This document shows, piece after piece, positions 1-17,045 of a DNA stretch of 64,000 nucleotides. How positions within the stretch are numbered: the first letter of the stretch is position 1; the number at the start of each line of letters is the position of its first letter. The notes under the pieces were generated by a model, which was given only the letters and a program-made list of their open reading frames with translations, was not told where the DNA came from and did not search any database. The translations under genes were made by a program, and so were the position numbers. This DNA comes from Eledone cirrhosa. Taxonomy: Eukaryota. The stretch spans positions 37,510,001-37,574,000 of the forward strand of contig OZ024746.1 of NCBI GenBank assembly GCA_964016885.1, written 5' to 3'.

Positions 1-690
1 AAATCGAGGAAAAGAATCAGAACTAACTCAGTTATATGCCCCCCCCCCCTCTGCTTCCGTAGCAGTAAGAATACTAATAGCAAACCTATTCTTTAAAGCT
101 TTCGACAGTTCTTTCCCTAGTCAACATAAATACCATTCCATTTTTAATAGACACACTATTAAATTATCTTATTCTACAACTATGAACATGGCCCAAAACA
201 TTGCTAAAATAAACAGTAAAATTCTAAAGCAGAATCAGCATAATGATTTTAATAATAGTGTTAACATAAATAATAATAAATCAAAATGTAATTGTAGAAA
301 TAAACCAGATGGCCCTTTGCAAAATAATTGTTTGGACAGTAATTTGGTGTATAAATGCACCGTAAAAAACTGATTACAACACATAAAACTACATAGGATC
401 GACTTCTTCTACATGTAAGGCTAGATTTGCGAATCATAAATGCTCATTTTCGAATTCTAATAGGAAATTATCGATTTCTTTATCACAGCTTATATGGTCA
501 TTAAAAGACAAAAAGTTAAAATACTCTATCTTTTGGACGAAACTTTCTAATAGTGGAGTGTATCGCAACTCAAGTTGAGACCCTATTGATAATTAATAAT
601 TATGAAAACTTAATTAACAAAAAAGTGAAATATTCACAAACTGCCTTCATAAAGCTTTGTCTACATTCCAAGCCTGGGTTTTAGACGTAC
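1..690 (+). pseudogene. Degenerate PLE 3' coding fragment (RT C-terminus/linker + GIY-YIG endonuclease), runs off window start
   Basis: Reads ...FPSQHKYHSIFNRHTIKLSYSTT...KCNCRNKPDGPLQNNCLDSNLVYKC, then YIGST after stop/frameshift; same motifs as the more intact PLE ORFs in this window. Confidence 0.85.
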
Positions 691-1074
691 ATCATCAATT
701 GTTGAAAATATAAATCATAATGGCTTATAAAACTTTAATAATGCTTTATCTTCTAATCGTTTATAATGGAAACAACGTTTGAATGACTTGACACTTGTTT
801 AAGAACATGTTGGCAGGTTGATATACATAACCTATGGCTTTTGGGATATTATTATCTTTGATGCAGACCTTCATTTTTCTATCTCTGTTTTAAATATAGT
901 TTTGTTATCTAGCCTGTAAATTGTTACGGTCCTTATTTTGAACTGTAGATCATTCATGCGTTTTATATATATCTAGGTATTTTATAGTTATGCATGTATG
1001 AATCTATTATCTATGAATGCAATCGTTATCCTTTACTAAATGTATACTGTCTCATTAATACTTAGTATATCTCT

Positions 1075-1290
1075 CTATATGTAGTTGGTGCAAATATGTT
1101 TATATTGTACAGTAACATAATCATAATTATAGTTCGGTATATATCTGTATATAGTTTTGTGCAAATATGTTTATAATGTATAATAACACAATCATAATTT
1201 TAGTTCGGTATAACTCTATATATAGCTTGTCCAAATATATATATATATATTTATATTGTATATGGACATAATCATGATTAGAGTTCGGTT
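1075..1290. repeat. Three diverged ~70-bp tandem repeats in putative PLE 3' UTR
   Basis: Recurrent TGCAAATATGTTTAT..TGTA...AATCATAATT.TAGTTCGGT. Confidence 0.7.
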
Positions 1291-2288
1291 CTTCCTTAGA
1301 AGGCTGAACTAATGTAATGATCTAATATAATATATGAATAGATAATATAAATAATAATTTATAGTCCTCTTATTAAGATCAATGCACACATATATATATT
1401 TACAGCTGAAAACTATGGTTTAATTGTTATTCGTTAGACACTATAACTATTTAACAATAAATTCCTTGATAATTATAACTGTAAATACTTCATAAACTAT
1501 ATATATGGAAAATGTTGCAATGTTACAAGTAATAGTGTTAAATATTACATTTGCGTGAATATTGAACAGTATATATTTTTCTTTCGAGGGCTTTAAATTT
1601 GATTTCATAAAACTTTGAATTTTAGAAATTTAACACATTTATAAAATTTATAAAATGTATGACACAAATAACCATCAAGTTTTAAAACCTAAAATTTTGA
1701 TTCCTTACCCTAAATAACATAAATTAAATATTTAGACATTTAACCGACAAGGCAAGGCTATACATGTTTATATGTGTCTGAAGAATATTTGTGCATAAAT
1801 TACTCTCCTTTATCTCTCTCTCTCTTTAATTATCTATCAGTTACATTCTCAAACTAAAAACTAAAATAAATTATAACTCCAGATAGCTGTAGTCTTCCTC
1901 AATAGTCCTACGGTAGCATTTCAAACTTTAATAACTCTATAACATCCTCCTAATCTTGAAACGTTTGCTGATATAAAGAAATAACACAATAAATCCAAGT
2001 TTAAAATGTCCACAGAAATCTCAGTATAGACTTCATAGTTATATGTTTCAGGTGGTTTGCATGTGTATACGCGGTGTGTGTGCAGTGAGTATAGTGATTT
2101 TTAATTGCAACTCTAATTTTAAATTAATATAATAGATTGATATCATATAGTAATCGGAGTAGAGTTTCTTGAGTATTCGATCGAATTATAAACGATTCGC
2201 CGAGAGTGTCATATAGAGATGGGAATTCAAACAAATATGCACTGGGTAATTGCTGGCCTTGTGCCTAAAGTAGAAACAATTATTGATT

Positions 2289-2472
2289 GGTGGATTGGCA
2301 GTATCGGTAGAGGGTCGGACGCAATGCTTTCCAGCATAGTTACGTCCCTTTACGATATGAGTTCAAATCCCGCCGAGGTTGACTTTGCCTTTCATCCTTA
2401 CGGGGTCGATAAAATACAGTACCAGTAATGCACTGGGTATTTGCTGGCCTTGTGCCTAAATTAGAAACAATT
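2289..2472 (+). mobile_element. tRNA-derived SINE (Meta-domain-like), preceded by an extra copy of its own 3' ~50 bp (2237-2289)
   Basis: A-box-like TGGCAGTATCGG, B-box GAGTTCAAATCC, central TTTGCCTTTCATCCTTACGGGGTCGATAAAAT..AGTACCAG; multiple copies in window. Confidence 0.85.
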
Positions 2473-3206
2473 ATTGATTTTATCATATGATGTGGGTCAT
2501 CGAGGATGCTAAGTTGGTCCTCCTGTTACTCTATCAAAGAATATAATACGTCTACCTTATGCAGCATTTTTTTCGATTACACACGTTTGTTTTTTATATT
2601 TATGATCATCGCTTGAATAGGGAAGATTGTAGTCTGTTTCTACGAGCAGTATTTTTCATTAAATTCTGACATTATCTGTTTCTTTCGATATGCCTTAATA
2701 CATCATATAGAAAGGAAAAGATAATTGTTCTTATAAAACCTAGTTCCCATATACCACAACTGAATATAGTGGCATATGATGAAATGGAATAATACCAAAC
2801 AAAAAATATTTCAAGGTTAGGATGTGTTTTTTGGTTTAATTTTGGTGTTGTTATTTTAGGATTACAATCGGATAATAGTGGATGCAGTTTGTCAACGTTT
2901 TACTTTAAAAACATGCAGCCTTTGCGCATATGCCCATATGTTTGAAAAGAATAAAAGCATATACAGTGTTTGTAATGTAATATTTTTTACTTCACCCTGC
3001 ACATCTCAAAATTGATGTCACGCAACGGGAGAACCAGGATTACGAGAGATTTAACCAGGCTAAATTATCACAAGTGATATCTCCACTTCAACAGTCGAAT
3101 TAGAGTTATCGCCCCTCTTATAGAAATAAAATCTGATCTCTTCAACGCAGAATCCATCCAGTTCACGTGTGTTATTGAAGTTTGACTTGATATTTGTCTT
3201 TGAATC

Positions 3207-3575
<369 letters not shown>

Positions 3576-3587
3576 ATATATATATAT

Positions 3588-3680
3588 AATTGTTTCTACT
3601 TTAGGCACAAGGCCAGCAATTACCCAGTGCATTACTAGTACTTTATTTTATCGACCCTGTAAGGATGAAAGGCAAAGTCA
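3588..3680 (-). mobile_element. SINE 3' half (same family as 2289)
   Basis: Reverse complement of TGACTTTGCCTTTCATCCTT...GCCTTGTGCCTAAAGTAGAAACAATT. Confidence 0.85.
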
Positions 3681-4199
3681 TGAAGAGAAAATGCTGTCTC
3701 TATCGAGAAGAGATAATATGTGGAATACATATAAAAATGACAAAACTCATCTCTGGAACAATCGTTGTAGCAGCTAAATATTGTAAAAGACAGCGATCAA
3801 CGGTCAATTGAGAGACAATCCACAAGCTGGGTGAGATGCAGAGGAAACACAGCAATAACCGAGAGAAGAGGAGGGCAAGGAGATGTTTGTTGGCGCACAC
3901 ATTTTACTGGAAGATGAAATAAAGAAAGGTGATGTGAAAAATAAATTCACCCGCAAGCATCTTCACCCTTATCAGGTCTTATGTGTGTGTGCGCTATGTG
4001 TGTTTGTATGTGTGTGTGTGTATGTGAGTATGTGTGATAAGCAAAGAGCACGGATAGAAAGACGAAAGGAAACAAAGAAAATGAAAATAATGGGTCAGAG
4101 ACTTCAAGCTGTGATGTCTCTTCTAAATAGAAAGCTAAGCCTTGCTATGTTGAAGTTAATTGAAAGAACGGAGACGAAGCGGGAGTATAGTTAGACTTC

Positions 4200-4614
4200 G
4201 TTACAGCGGATGGCGTCTAGGAGACCCTATGTTGTCAGAAAGATTCAGCTCCTTGCCAAACCTCCCAGAAGATGTAAAAAATCTAGCCATATTTGAATCC
4301 TATGGATTATTTGGTCTAGGGCGTGTTTGAGAAGGACACCACCCGCACTTTCTGAAACACTAAGAACCAGCTGATCGAGAGGAGTAAGAACGGTTTTGGA
4401 GTTCTCCCCAGTGACACTGTAAAGGCTGCATGTGCCAATTTTCGGAGACGGGTCAACGCCGTGGAAGGTGCTGACGGTCGCTTATTTGTGTAAAATTTTT
4501 GTTTTTATTGTTTTCATCTTTAGGCCTCTTTCTAAATTTTATCTGAGATATTCACTTTTTTTCCTTCAAGAAAAAAAAAAAAGAATCTGTGAAATGTAGC
4601 CCAAACACCCTGTA
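4200..4614 (+). mobile_element. Tc1/mariner transposase C-terminal remnant with right end
   Basis: Translates PYLNPMDYLV*GVFEKDT (SPDLNPxD motif) and AACANFRRRVNAVEGADG; ends CACCCTG-TA, typical mariner TIR end plus TA. Confidence 0.7.
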
Positions 4615-4938
4615 TATAAAAGGTGTGTTAGAAGGCGAATACCTAATTGAACAAATCAAGTTCAAGATGTACACCTATAAATACCGAAAATAGAAGTTAT
4701 TACCAACCTAGTAGTTGAATTAAAATACAGTTAAATAGCATTCACACATATTTCTCTCTGTTTCTTTAACTCTCTCTCAGTCTCTCTTTCTCTCTATCTC
4801 TCTTTCTCTCCCTCTCTTTCTAAATAAATGTCTGTTGATCTATGTGTGTGTGTGTGTGTGTGAGTGTGTGCACATGTGCACAACGAAATTTATGCTATAC
4901 AAAATGATATACAGAAAATGAGAAACACTAAGAACATT

Positions 4939-6362
<1,424 letters not shown>

Positions 6363-6597
6363 AAAAAATGTATAATATATATATATATATATATCGCACC
6401 GTTTCCTTTCGCTATATGTCTCTCCACCACTCCCCAACACACCCTTTGAACTCTGTTCCCACACACTTCTCACCTGAGGAAGGGCTTATGCCCGAAACTT
6501 CGTCCCCCACCTACACCCCACTCTCCAGAGCGTGAAGTTAATAAACATTTGTTGTACTGCCTCTCTGTTTTGTCCCTGTTCAAATTTTTCCATTATA

Positions 6598-6659
<62 letters not shown>

Positions 6660-8504
6660 CGTAGTAATTTTATATGTATATACTGTTCTTTGGTACAGAA
6701 CGTTCTGTTATATTTAGTATATCGAGTGAACATGTACATCCTTCCTCATTCTCTTTTTTTTTTTTTTTTGTTTTGCCACCGACACAACCACATTCATTTC
6801 TATGTAGACATATTCAGATCAAATGAATTTTACAAGTTTCTAAAAATTTGAATATAATATATGAGCAAATATTTGACGTGTGAAATATGAAAATTTAAAG
6901 TAGCACCCGCCATCAATTTATACATGAATCTTGAAATTATGAAATTATGGAAATATAAAACAATGGATAACTTATTTTCACACGTTTTTATCTTTATTTA
7001 TTTTACTGAACTACGTCTACTGAAAATAATATTATTACTATTCTTGGTGTCATATTCTTGCGTTCATAATAATATTAATATTCTTGATATATTTTTTTGT
7101 GTTTGGGATGTTGCGTGCGATAGCCTAAATTTCACTAAAATGTTTACTTTAATTATGAATACGTGAACTTCTCGAGGAAATAAATATTATAATCGTTTTT
7201 CAAAACATATTTTGCAATATTAAAAGCAAGTAATATTACTGATGTATCCACTACACAGATATGCATTCGAAATGAGGTCATGTCTGTGTATCTCGACATG
7301 GGCGTGGCTATAAAAATTCTCCATGATCTTACATATGTATGGATGTTCATATATATATATATATATATATATATGAACAGTGTTTTAACTTTCCCTTTTT
7401 CTCTTTCTTGCTCTCTCTTCATTATCTTATTTTTTTCTTCCCCTCGGGGCCTTTCGATTGATAAAAGAACTTGGGCACGCAGCTGATTGAGTTCGATGTC
7501 CAGTTTTATGTGCTGAAGCATATATCATCGGCAGTTAACATCTGATGAAGGGGTTCTTCTCTTGTTTCGTCCATATTACCATCTTAAATATATATATATA
7601 TACCTGTGGGTGTGTCCGTGTGTCTGCATGAACTAGGTTCCAGGAGGGCAAACTAGTTCAAAATATCTACATAGAATATCATGCTTGAAAATATCAAGCC
7701 ATCTGTTATCGGCCGGTAAACAATAATAGATTGTAAGAATTGTAAGAAAGATTCGAAAACCAACAATTATTGTAAACAAGTGTGAGACTTATGGAGCCAT
7801 GGGAACAAGGATTCCTCATTTCATGCGAATATAATAATCACAGAACACAGTAAATGTCCAGTTTATTGCTCTCAGACATAGCGGATTAACTGCGGAACAA
7901 CAATTAATCGAAGAGAAATACTTTAACACGGGGAGCGCTATTAATCACTATAATATGTAAATATTACAGATACGCAAAGTAAGGGAAATTACAAGATTTG
8001 GGACATTGTATCGAACCTAGAAAAGTGTCTCGGATTTTAACTATATACATCTCTTTCTTCCTCTATGATTGCTTCTAAGTTAAACTTCATTTTCTTCTTT
8101 AAATTTCCCACATATATACACATATATACTAATGCAGTTCTCTATGTTTGCAATTGTCTATTTGTTTGTGTGTTTCACCAAGTTTATTTCCCTTATTGGT
8201 AGTCACGTTTGCTTTAAAGAATTTGGTCGTTAAATGTCCATTGGCCGTCCGTTACGGACAGCCGTTGGCGTATTAGTGTTAATAACAGTTCTAAAACTGT
8301 CAGCTAACCGATTTAAATTGGGCCGTTAGAATACATATCGTCACCTCACCACTCCATACGATCGATTGTCATTAATTTTGTCATTGTGTTAAATTACTAG
8401 TTGAGAATGTATTACATTTGAACGCACACGGATATACTCATGTATCAATATATACGTACACGTTTATAAACGCACACATATGCTTTCCAGTCTGTCTCTC
8501 TTCG

Positions 8505-8575
<71 letters not shown>

Positions 8576-8617
8576 ATGTGTGTGTGTATGTGTGTGTGTG
8601 TATGTGTGTGTGTGTGT

Positions 8618-8681
<64 letters not shown>

Positions 8682-10954
8682 GTGCTTGTGTGTGTCTACG
8701 TCTGTGTCTGTGTGTCTGTGGGTCGGTGTGCCTGTATGTGGGCATGTGTATATGTATGTATTTATATGTGTGTTCATTTGCTCACCATTAAATCATTTTA
8801 TCTTCGAAACAACACGGATTTCATAAACCTCACACACATAAACACGCATATCAAAAGGCTTACGCACCCAAGTAAATTATTTGACTCGCTCTAATTACTT
8901 AATGCCGATTGATAAGACGACAGGCGGTTTGTTGGAAATATATCTCCGTATATTTGTGTACGACACACTATGTAATGAATACGATAATTGCTACTGACAT
9001 CATCACTCTTCATATGACCATACCATTCACAAGCAGCAGGATCAGGTAAAACGACGCAACAAAGCAACGTAGCTGCAATAACACATCACAATAGCCAAAT
9101 CAGTAAACAGTAAACCTTCCAACAACGTCACTGCCGACTCAAACACAATAAACGCCAAATAAAAGCAATATTAGCAACAGTGGCGAATACAAAGCACAGT
9201 AGAAAATCCACTGAGCAACACCTTTATTTTTCTCAATCCATCGCAAACTCAACCAACGACAATTAATTTGAGTAACGGCAGCAACCGCACCAGCGCACAA
9301 GGACACCAGCACCACCAACTACACACCGACGTATATTCAGAAACTATTGTTACCATTATTATTAGTTTTTCAACAAATACAAAACAAAATGATTGGACAG
9401 AAAGCAGTATATATATATCAGCACCATCAACAAGTTTTCAAATGCTGGCATACATTAGGTTGATAATCATGCGGCCGATGTAACGATGGATAGATCAATG
9501 GGTAGAAGGACATTTGAAGCGTTGGATTGAATGGTCGTCAAATATTAAGGTGGGCTAGTAGCCATAGGTCAGTTAACTATAATGCTTAACAAGGTCTTTA
9601 CTTTCGTATAATTAGCATCTTTTATAGACCATGTTCCATAATGGGTGTTCCTTGAGATGGTAGGTCGTAATTCTAGGCGTATGTTGTTAATGGCCGCCCG
9701 TTACAATGATGATGGGAAATGAAATAAGATAATGTCATAGGGATAGTTGTAAGATTGGGGTAGATGGGAGTAGATGCAAATTAGACAGAGAAACATTAAC
9801 ACAGGCAAAGAGAGTGAGTATGTGTTTACGTGTGCCTGTAGAGAAAAACAGATTGTTAAAGTAGAACCACATGACATGGCGATTAACAGCATTATCAATC
9901 CAAAGTAACACTTGTTCTTATTCTCTTTAAAGGCCTCACTGAAGACGACATTTGTTTTACAATGAAGCAGGCTGGCAGCAAATGGTATTAGAACTAATGG
10001 TATTAGAACGTTTCCTGAGAATTAGAATTTTACTGTTGTAATGATGAAGGCGAATACAAAATTTATTTTCTGCATAGTCGTAGCGTAAATAGAAAACCGT
10101 GTGTATAAACATATACACATGCGTACATGTTTAACTATGCGTGTTTCAATCGTTATGTATATATTATTTGATATTCTACTTGTAAATCTTCCTAATGTGG
10201 ATCATTTAGGCATGCAGCAAGACTGAAGCTCTTCTGCTTTAAGCGGTATCATAAATAATGTTGTGAAGTGTGCTGTGTGATTGATGCTTTGAAATAGAGC
10301 CCAATGAAATATTTCCGTGGTTATATCTCTTCCCACAAGTTTGTATCTTTCATAAGTGTATGAAGAATAATGTGAAGCCTTCACCGCCCCAATTATTGTG
10401 GTATGAACTCTACCATCTCTTTTAGATACTAGATTGAAGATATATTAGTTATAATTCCGTAACATATCCAATATTATTTTTGGTCTATTCTTGACATGCA
10501 ATATTTACCCACCCCCATATTAATTTCATATTCCACTCATTCGTAAAACGGACTCTCTGGCATAATGCGATAACTGAATATTTCCTTATCTAATAATAAA
10601 TGAACGTGTAAATGGCTGAGTATTCCTTAGAAAAGTGTACCATTCAACTAATTCTGAAGCTGAGTCAGTGCATCATAAGCATGAGTTGTATGGTACCTGA
10701 TATTTGAATTGCAATTACATTTCACACGACGGGAATTCACACAGTTTTTATGATCCAAATTACGTTTAAAGTCTTTTCATGGAGCTGGACTTTGGTAAAT
10801 GCAGTTTTAGAGATTCTACTCAATGATATTGATTCTGGGACCTATTGATTATGAAGTGGACGTTTAACCACACTGGCATGCAACATATAATATGCAATTT
10901 ATATATATATATATATATCAATAATATGCAATTCATATATATATATATATATAT

Positions 10955-11137
10955 AATTGTTTCTACTTTAGGCACAAGGCCAGCAATTACCCAGTACATT
11001 ACTGGTACTTTATTTTATCGACCCCGTAAGAATGGAAGGCAAAGTCAACCTCGGCGGGATTTGAACTCAGATCGTAAAGGGACGTAACTATGCTGGAAAT
11101 CATGGCGTCTGACCTTTTACCGATACTGCCAATCCAC
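10955..11137 (-). mobile_element. tRNA-derived SINE, full length (family of 2289)
   Basis: Reverse-complement match over whole length; 3' end abuts (TA)n. Confidence 0.9.
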
Positions 11138-11627
11138 TACGATGCAAATATATAGTTGATTTAATCAGCTTCAGATCTTGAATGGTTTTTAATTAATTGA
11201 CTAGGAAATGCTGGAAATGTATGAAAAAATCACTACATAAAGGTGCAACAGTAAATGACGCAATATAGGAAATGTGTATATATAAAAATCTATTGATTCT
11301 GTCATCTACAACAGAATCTAATATCTTAGAAAAAAAAAATGATTTGTAACTTTTTACACGAGACCAGTGAATTATATAGAAATTTGAGTAGATTACATAT
11401 ATCAAATTGTTTGACAGATACTTTATTTTAACAACTACACCTGGATGGATATGAAAAGTAGTGACGTAAGACGACAAATGTTATGCAGCGCTTTAATAAT
11501 ATCTACTAGACATAAGAAAGCAAGGTCAATAAAAGCAACAGCAACAACGACCAGGACACTGCTACATCTTCTGATGTTGTCGGTGTAGCAGCAGCATCAT
11601 CAACATCAGCAGCAACAGAGGCAGCAT

Positions 11628-11689
11628 CAGTAGTAGTAGTAGTGGTAGTAGTAGTAGTAGTTGTAGTAGTAGTAGTAGTAGTAGTAGTA
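11628..11689. repeat. (TAG)n microsatellite
   Basis: Direct. Confidence 0.95.
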
Positions 11690-14600
11690 TAAAATGCTGA
11701 TATATAATTTACCCCTTAAAACATGCGCGGGATAAAAAAGGAAAGCTAAAAAGGGGTTAACAAAAGAATCCTTTTCGCTGGAACAGCAAGTTATATGACA
11801 CATATGGGAAGGATAAACTATAACATAAGACAACATTTTAAAAGGTATGAATACAACAGACTTTCAATAAGACGAGTGTACTGAAAACACAAACGGATGC
11901 AAACAAGACTGTATTTTTATAAATGGGCAAACAACAAACACTGAAGTTATAGGTCATGATATGCGATGAAATTAGAGTATTCCGTGAGGAAATTTGTCAG
12001 GCCTGATGTTTGAAATCTCAACTCATGAATATCGCGTGAGCACTTCATCATTAATCGATATTTTACTACTCCGTTCCAATATATTTGGAGACGCAGTATA
12101 GTCGATGTTTGAGTAGACGGAAACTCTTTAAGAGACAGTCGAATCGAAGGTATCGGCGATTCAAAGGCCTAGTTTTGACATACACTATCACATTCAAACA
12201 CTCTATGAACTAGATTAAGGAAAAGTAAAGAGTACTCAATACCAAAGTAGATGTTAAGTATGAATTTTATTAAGGCTGACTAACAATAACATATATTTAG
12301 CCTTACGAACTGAAAATATAGACGTGTTCCACACTATGTATATTTTTTGTCGAGTTAAATAGAACATTAGAACAGCCTTTTTTTTCTAAATCCTCTAAAC
12401 GCCCGCAAACAATGTATATATCTACTTGCATTTAAATAATATATATGATGTGTTCGTGACCTAATGTAAAATGACATGAGAAATTATATAAGATACATAC
12501 TGAAGGAGTTAGACGTAAGCGTAAGCAGTATGGCACTATATCGCTCCTGATATATATGTATGCCCGTATATGCTTCTGCCTGAGAATGAAACTACGTAAC
12601 GCAGTACGACCTATCTTATAGTCAAGTGGTCGGTAACTAAACAGGCTCCTACACCAAATACTGGCCTGTTAAAACGAGCGAGTGGAACCCCACTAGTACC
12701 AACAGGAAAAATAGTAAAATGTGTGAATGAACTCTTCAGATTAAATAGCCTCACAAACCCACCCTCTACCAAGCATGGTGAGTGGGGCTACACACGAAAC
12801 AGAAAGAGGTGGATATCAACCAGGGAGGTGTTCCTCCAACCGGCGTGAGAAGCCCCTTAATTCAGTTAATAATGTATGTTTGAACTGGAGTGCATATGTT
12901 TGTGAGTATTTTCTTAAATTTATTTAAGCATACAAATATTTGTCTCTTGATTAGTTAAAAACTGAGATCTGTTGTTCTTTGTTTATCTATGTTTATTTTT
13001 AAGTTTTTACAATTCTCATTTTATTTTTAAATTTAAACAGTAGTGTTTAGATATTTTCCATGTGGTGCACATTGTTTTGAAAACAGCCTTAATTTAAAAA
13101 TATATACATATTTGTTTTTCATTTTTTCTGTTACATTATCAACGATGCACTATTCGAAAAATGTATTTCGTAATAATAAAAAAAAAAGTATTTCGTTAAT
13201 GAACATATTGTTATGATCACATTCGAGTCTATCAAACACTTGGGGGAATATTACTTTTATTTATTTGTATAAAATGTACTATAATCTACATTTTCGTAGC
13301 AAAAAGTAACTATTAAAACGTCTATCCTTACATTCCGTGTGATAATTTCCATTATAACATTTTCATAAATACCTAAATCTTCATCCCTCCCTAACGATAT
13401 GTATGTATATATATGTGTATATATATATATGTGTGTATGTGTGTGTGTATATGGGTGTGTGTGCGTATGTATGTGTTCATGCGCACGTGTATGCGTGTGT
13501 TCTGCGTGTGAATGGGCAAGTGTATGTGTGTGATTTTAGTTATTTGCGTTTTATTTAAGACGATTTAAAATATGCTCGAAAATAATAAATATCCTCATAA
13601 CTACATACATATTTTCAGGTTTTTGTGCATCTTTTGCTTACATGTTAATTATAAGCAGTGTAGAAATGCCAATCATTTTTAAGTGTTTACCTACATTTTC
13701 AGGAACCCAGTCTGTGTTATTATAGGAACAATTCAACCTTCCAGTATCGATAGAATAAGTGCAAATGAAAACTGATGTTGCTATCTATCATTGGATACCT
13801 ACATAGTACAGGCAAACATGCTTAATGAGCAGAGTACGAGGATGTTTGCAAAAGCTCAGACAATGGTTGAGGTAGAGAGAAAGCTAGAGCGAGAGAGAGA
13901 GAAAGAAAGAGAGAAATAGAGAGTGAGATGGATCGACGAAAAAAAAAGAAAACAAATGTTTTAACGTAGTAAAGTGGAGAACATAAATTGTATAGGCACG
14001 TGGACACCAGGATGTTATTAAAATTGTTTAGATTCTGCAGGGCACCACCCACGAACTCAGACTTTTATGAGCTTGCACGCAGTTCCCATAGTTGAACTAC
14101 TATCTTAATTCTTGATTACCGCTAGACTCTCGTAAACCCACAGAGTGACAATGAAAACTGTATAAACGTGAAATCAAGTTTGAGATTAATTTCCAACATT
14201 ATATGTATACAATATTGGGCTGGTTTTCGAAAGAATCGTTATTGTAATAGTATACTTTATTCCCATTGTTTCTGTTAAGACATAATACCATAATCCACTG
14301 CGTTTACAATGGAATTAAATGTAACAATCTTGTCTCCAATATTTCCGTGAATATATGAGATAATAGGTTGATGATTGCCGTAATCCTTCGCACTGCACAA
14401 TAAAAATGAATGACAGGTATTCTCTCACCACATTATAATCAGCAACGAAATATTTATTTCTGTCTTAGAATGACAAGAGGCGGGGGTATTACCTGGAAAG
14501 CTTTCCATTTGGTGTTTGTTGAATTTGAACAACAAACTGCGATAAACAACAACATTCACGAAAACCATGCACAATATTTAATCTATCTTAGGAAATAAGA

Positions 14601-15039
14601 CTTTTAAGGAGGCGTAATTTCATGTGTATTGATCATTTTAAATCAATCGAAAAGTGTTCACCGTGTGTGATAATGCGAATCAGTAATCACTGCACCAGCT
14701 TCCGATATAATCTATATGATGCGTCACATTAGTTATACACTTTATTTCGCAAAGGTGTATAAAACCATCAGCATATAGTTTCTAAACAACATACTATTAA
14801 TATGCTGCCATATTCTACCATCTTCAATTTCACGGTCGTGTGGCGTATAAAAAAATATTCTATATTTAATGTGTTTCGCAAAGTTAGTCTACAAATAATT
14901 TTCCATCATTGTATCTAAGACTAGATTCAATGCAGCTTCTATATTTTGAATTGGACGTTTTCCTCATACGAACCTTTTACATGTCTCCTCGTCGCCTCAA
15001 ATGTACATACAATTCTCACTACTTCTTTTTAACCATGGG

Positions 15040-15300
15040 GATGATGACGATGAGGGTGATCACGATTATGATGATCATGGTGATGAAGTGGATGCTGACG
15101 ATGATGATCATGATGATGGAGAGGATGATGATGGTGGTGGTTGTGATGATGATAATAATGCCTTCGATGGTGTAGAAGCGCATGTTCATGATGATGAGTC
15201 GTAGAGAAGGAGAAGAAGAATGATGATTATGACGATGAGTTTGAGGACAAAGAGAAATCGGTTAATGATGAGGATAATGTCGACGACGATGTTATTGGGA
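15040..15300. repeat. Degenerate (GAT)n low-complexity tract
   Basis: Direct. Confidence 0.85.
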
Positions 15301-15308
15301 ATTCTGAT

Positions 15309-15497
15309 AATTGTTTCTACTTTTGGCACAAGGCCAGCAATTAACCAGTGCATTACTGGTACTTTATTTTATCGACCCCGTAAGGATGAAAGGCAAAGTT
15401 AACCTCGGCGGAATTTGAAATCAGAATGGCAAGGGCCGTATCTCTATGCGTCAAAGCATGGCGCCAGACCCTCTACCGATACTGCCAATATACCGCC
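15309..15497 (-). mobile_element. tRNA-derived SINE, full length (family of 2289)
   Basis: Reverse-complement match. Confidence 0.9.
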
Positions 15498-16130
15498 CTA
15501 TTGGGAATTCTAATAATATTCTTAAATATATGTGAGGTTGAACATATAGTACTGTAGACATATTACATATTTCAGGCTCTACCTTAATCCCATCACTTCG
15601 AGAATTCCATCTTTATACGCGTTCTTTCAGACGAAGCATATGCATACGATCATTACGAAATATAGAAGATAAGGAAATACAATAATTAAAGGATTTAAAT
15701 GTTAAGTTATTTTGAAGGATTAATCACGACTTAAGAAATATATGATACAATGAAAATTATCAATCACGCGAATCAATCGACATGTTCCCAGAACTCATTA
15801 GGTTACAGTGTGAGGTAAACTAGTCAAATCAGACGAATGAAACAATGTTTCCATTAGTGATTCCAATGCTGATGAAATATTTATTTTAAAAGAAATATGA
15901 TTCATGTTGTTTGCACAAATAGCACGCATGGTTTTGCAAGAGGGTGGAATTATTGTATCTGCATATCTATATTAGAAGGAGAAAGAGATCTTTTATATTG
16001 GTGTTAAGATCTTGAGATTTTTTCGGATGAAGAACACGTGATTGTTTTCTGATAATCAAATTTCCCTCAAATGAAACAGTTCCAGTCCTGTAGAAGCTAT
16101 ATCTATATTAAATGTGTTATATATATATAT

Positions 16131-16413
16131 TAAAGTAACAGATTAAAGTGTTAGCAAAGAATCAGTGCTTTCACCCTTAACGGGATCTTATGAAATTCAA
16201 ATTATCTCACACTGGGAACATGTCGATTGATTCTGTTGATTGATAATTTGAGTTTCAGAAGATCCCGTTAAGAGTGAAAGCAGCTATTCTTTGCTTAAAC
16301 TTTAATCTGTTATTTTAATAAATATTTGCTCTAGGCTTCTTATATATTTGATATATATTTTAACTTATCGAGCCCTCTTTGGATTTTAGTCTTCACATTT
16401 ATTATTCTTAGTA
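16131..16413. mobile_element. Asymmetric fold-back mini-element, family A, second copy
   Basis: 16131-16206 inverted at ~16242-16318; right arm continues with the same tail as 3385-3459; (TA)n on both sides. Confidence 0.75.
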
Positions 16414-16757
16414 TAAATATATATATATATATATATGTAAAGTTATATTTAAAATTGTTGGGTTACAACTAGTAAATATTTATAACTGATATAAAAGCAC
16501 TCGACAAATATTTGGAGTATATTTACAATATTAAATAAATGGAAAACTATATTTATAAAACCATATTTATTTCATTATATATATTTCGGGGATATCATAT
16601 TAACAATATGCTATGGCTTCATCTGACAAAATACAATATAAACAGTTTTATAGATAAATAGATTCGACATACCGTAATAAACATCGACTTCTTCAAATGA
16701 AGTCGATGTTTATTACGGTATGTCGAATCTATTTATCTATAAAACTGTTTATAATGT

Positions 16758-16821
16758 ATTTTGTCTGATGAAGGCATAGCATATTGTTAATATGATATCC
16801 CCGAAATATATATAATGAAAT
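16758..16821 (+). ncRNA. Minimal type I hammerhead ribozyme (unit 1)
   Basis: ATTTTGT-CTGATGA-stem II (CATATT/AATATG)-GAAA-TATATA-TA-ATGAAAT; antisense twin at 16569-16632 has a mutated core (CAGATGA). Confidence 0.75.
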
Positions 16822-16860
16822 AAATATGGTTTTATAAATATAGTTTTCCATTTATTTAAT

Positions 16861-16916
<56 letters not shown>

Positions 16917-17045
16917 AAGTTATATTTAAAATTGTTGGGTTACAACTAGTAAATATTTATAACTGATATAAAAGCACTCGACAAATATTTGGAGTATATT
17001 TACAATATTAAATAAATGGAAAACTATATTTATAAAACCATATTT

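Noticed and set aside
2289-2380. tRNA gene
   Set aside because: A/B boxes belong to a multi-copy SINE head; no cloverleaf
6474-6504. CTGAGGA-A-GGGC-TTAT-GCCC-GAAA-CTTCG-TC hammerhead core
   Set aside because: Core and stem II look real but the flanks cannot form stem I; at best a broken remnant
7542-7556. CTGATGAAGGGG
   Set aside because: No downstream GAAA or stem III
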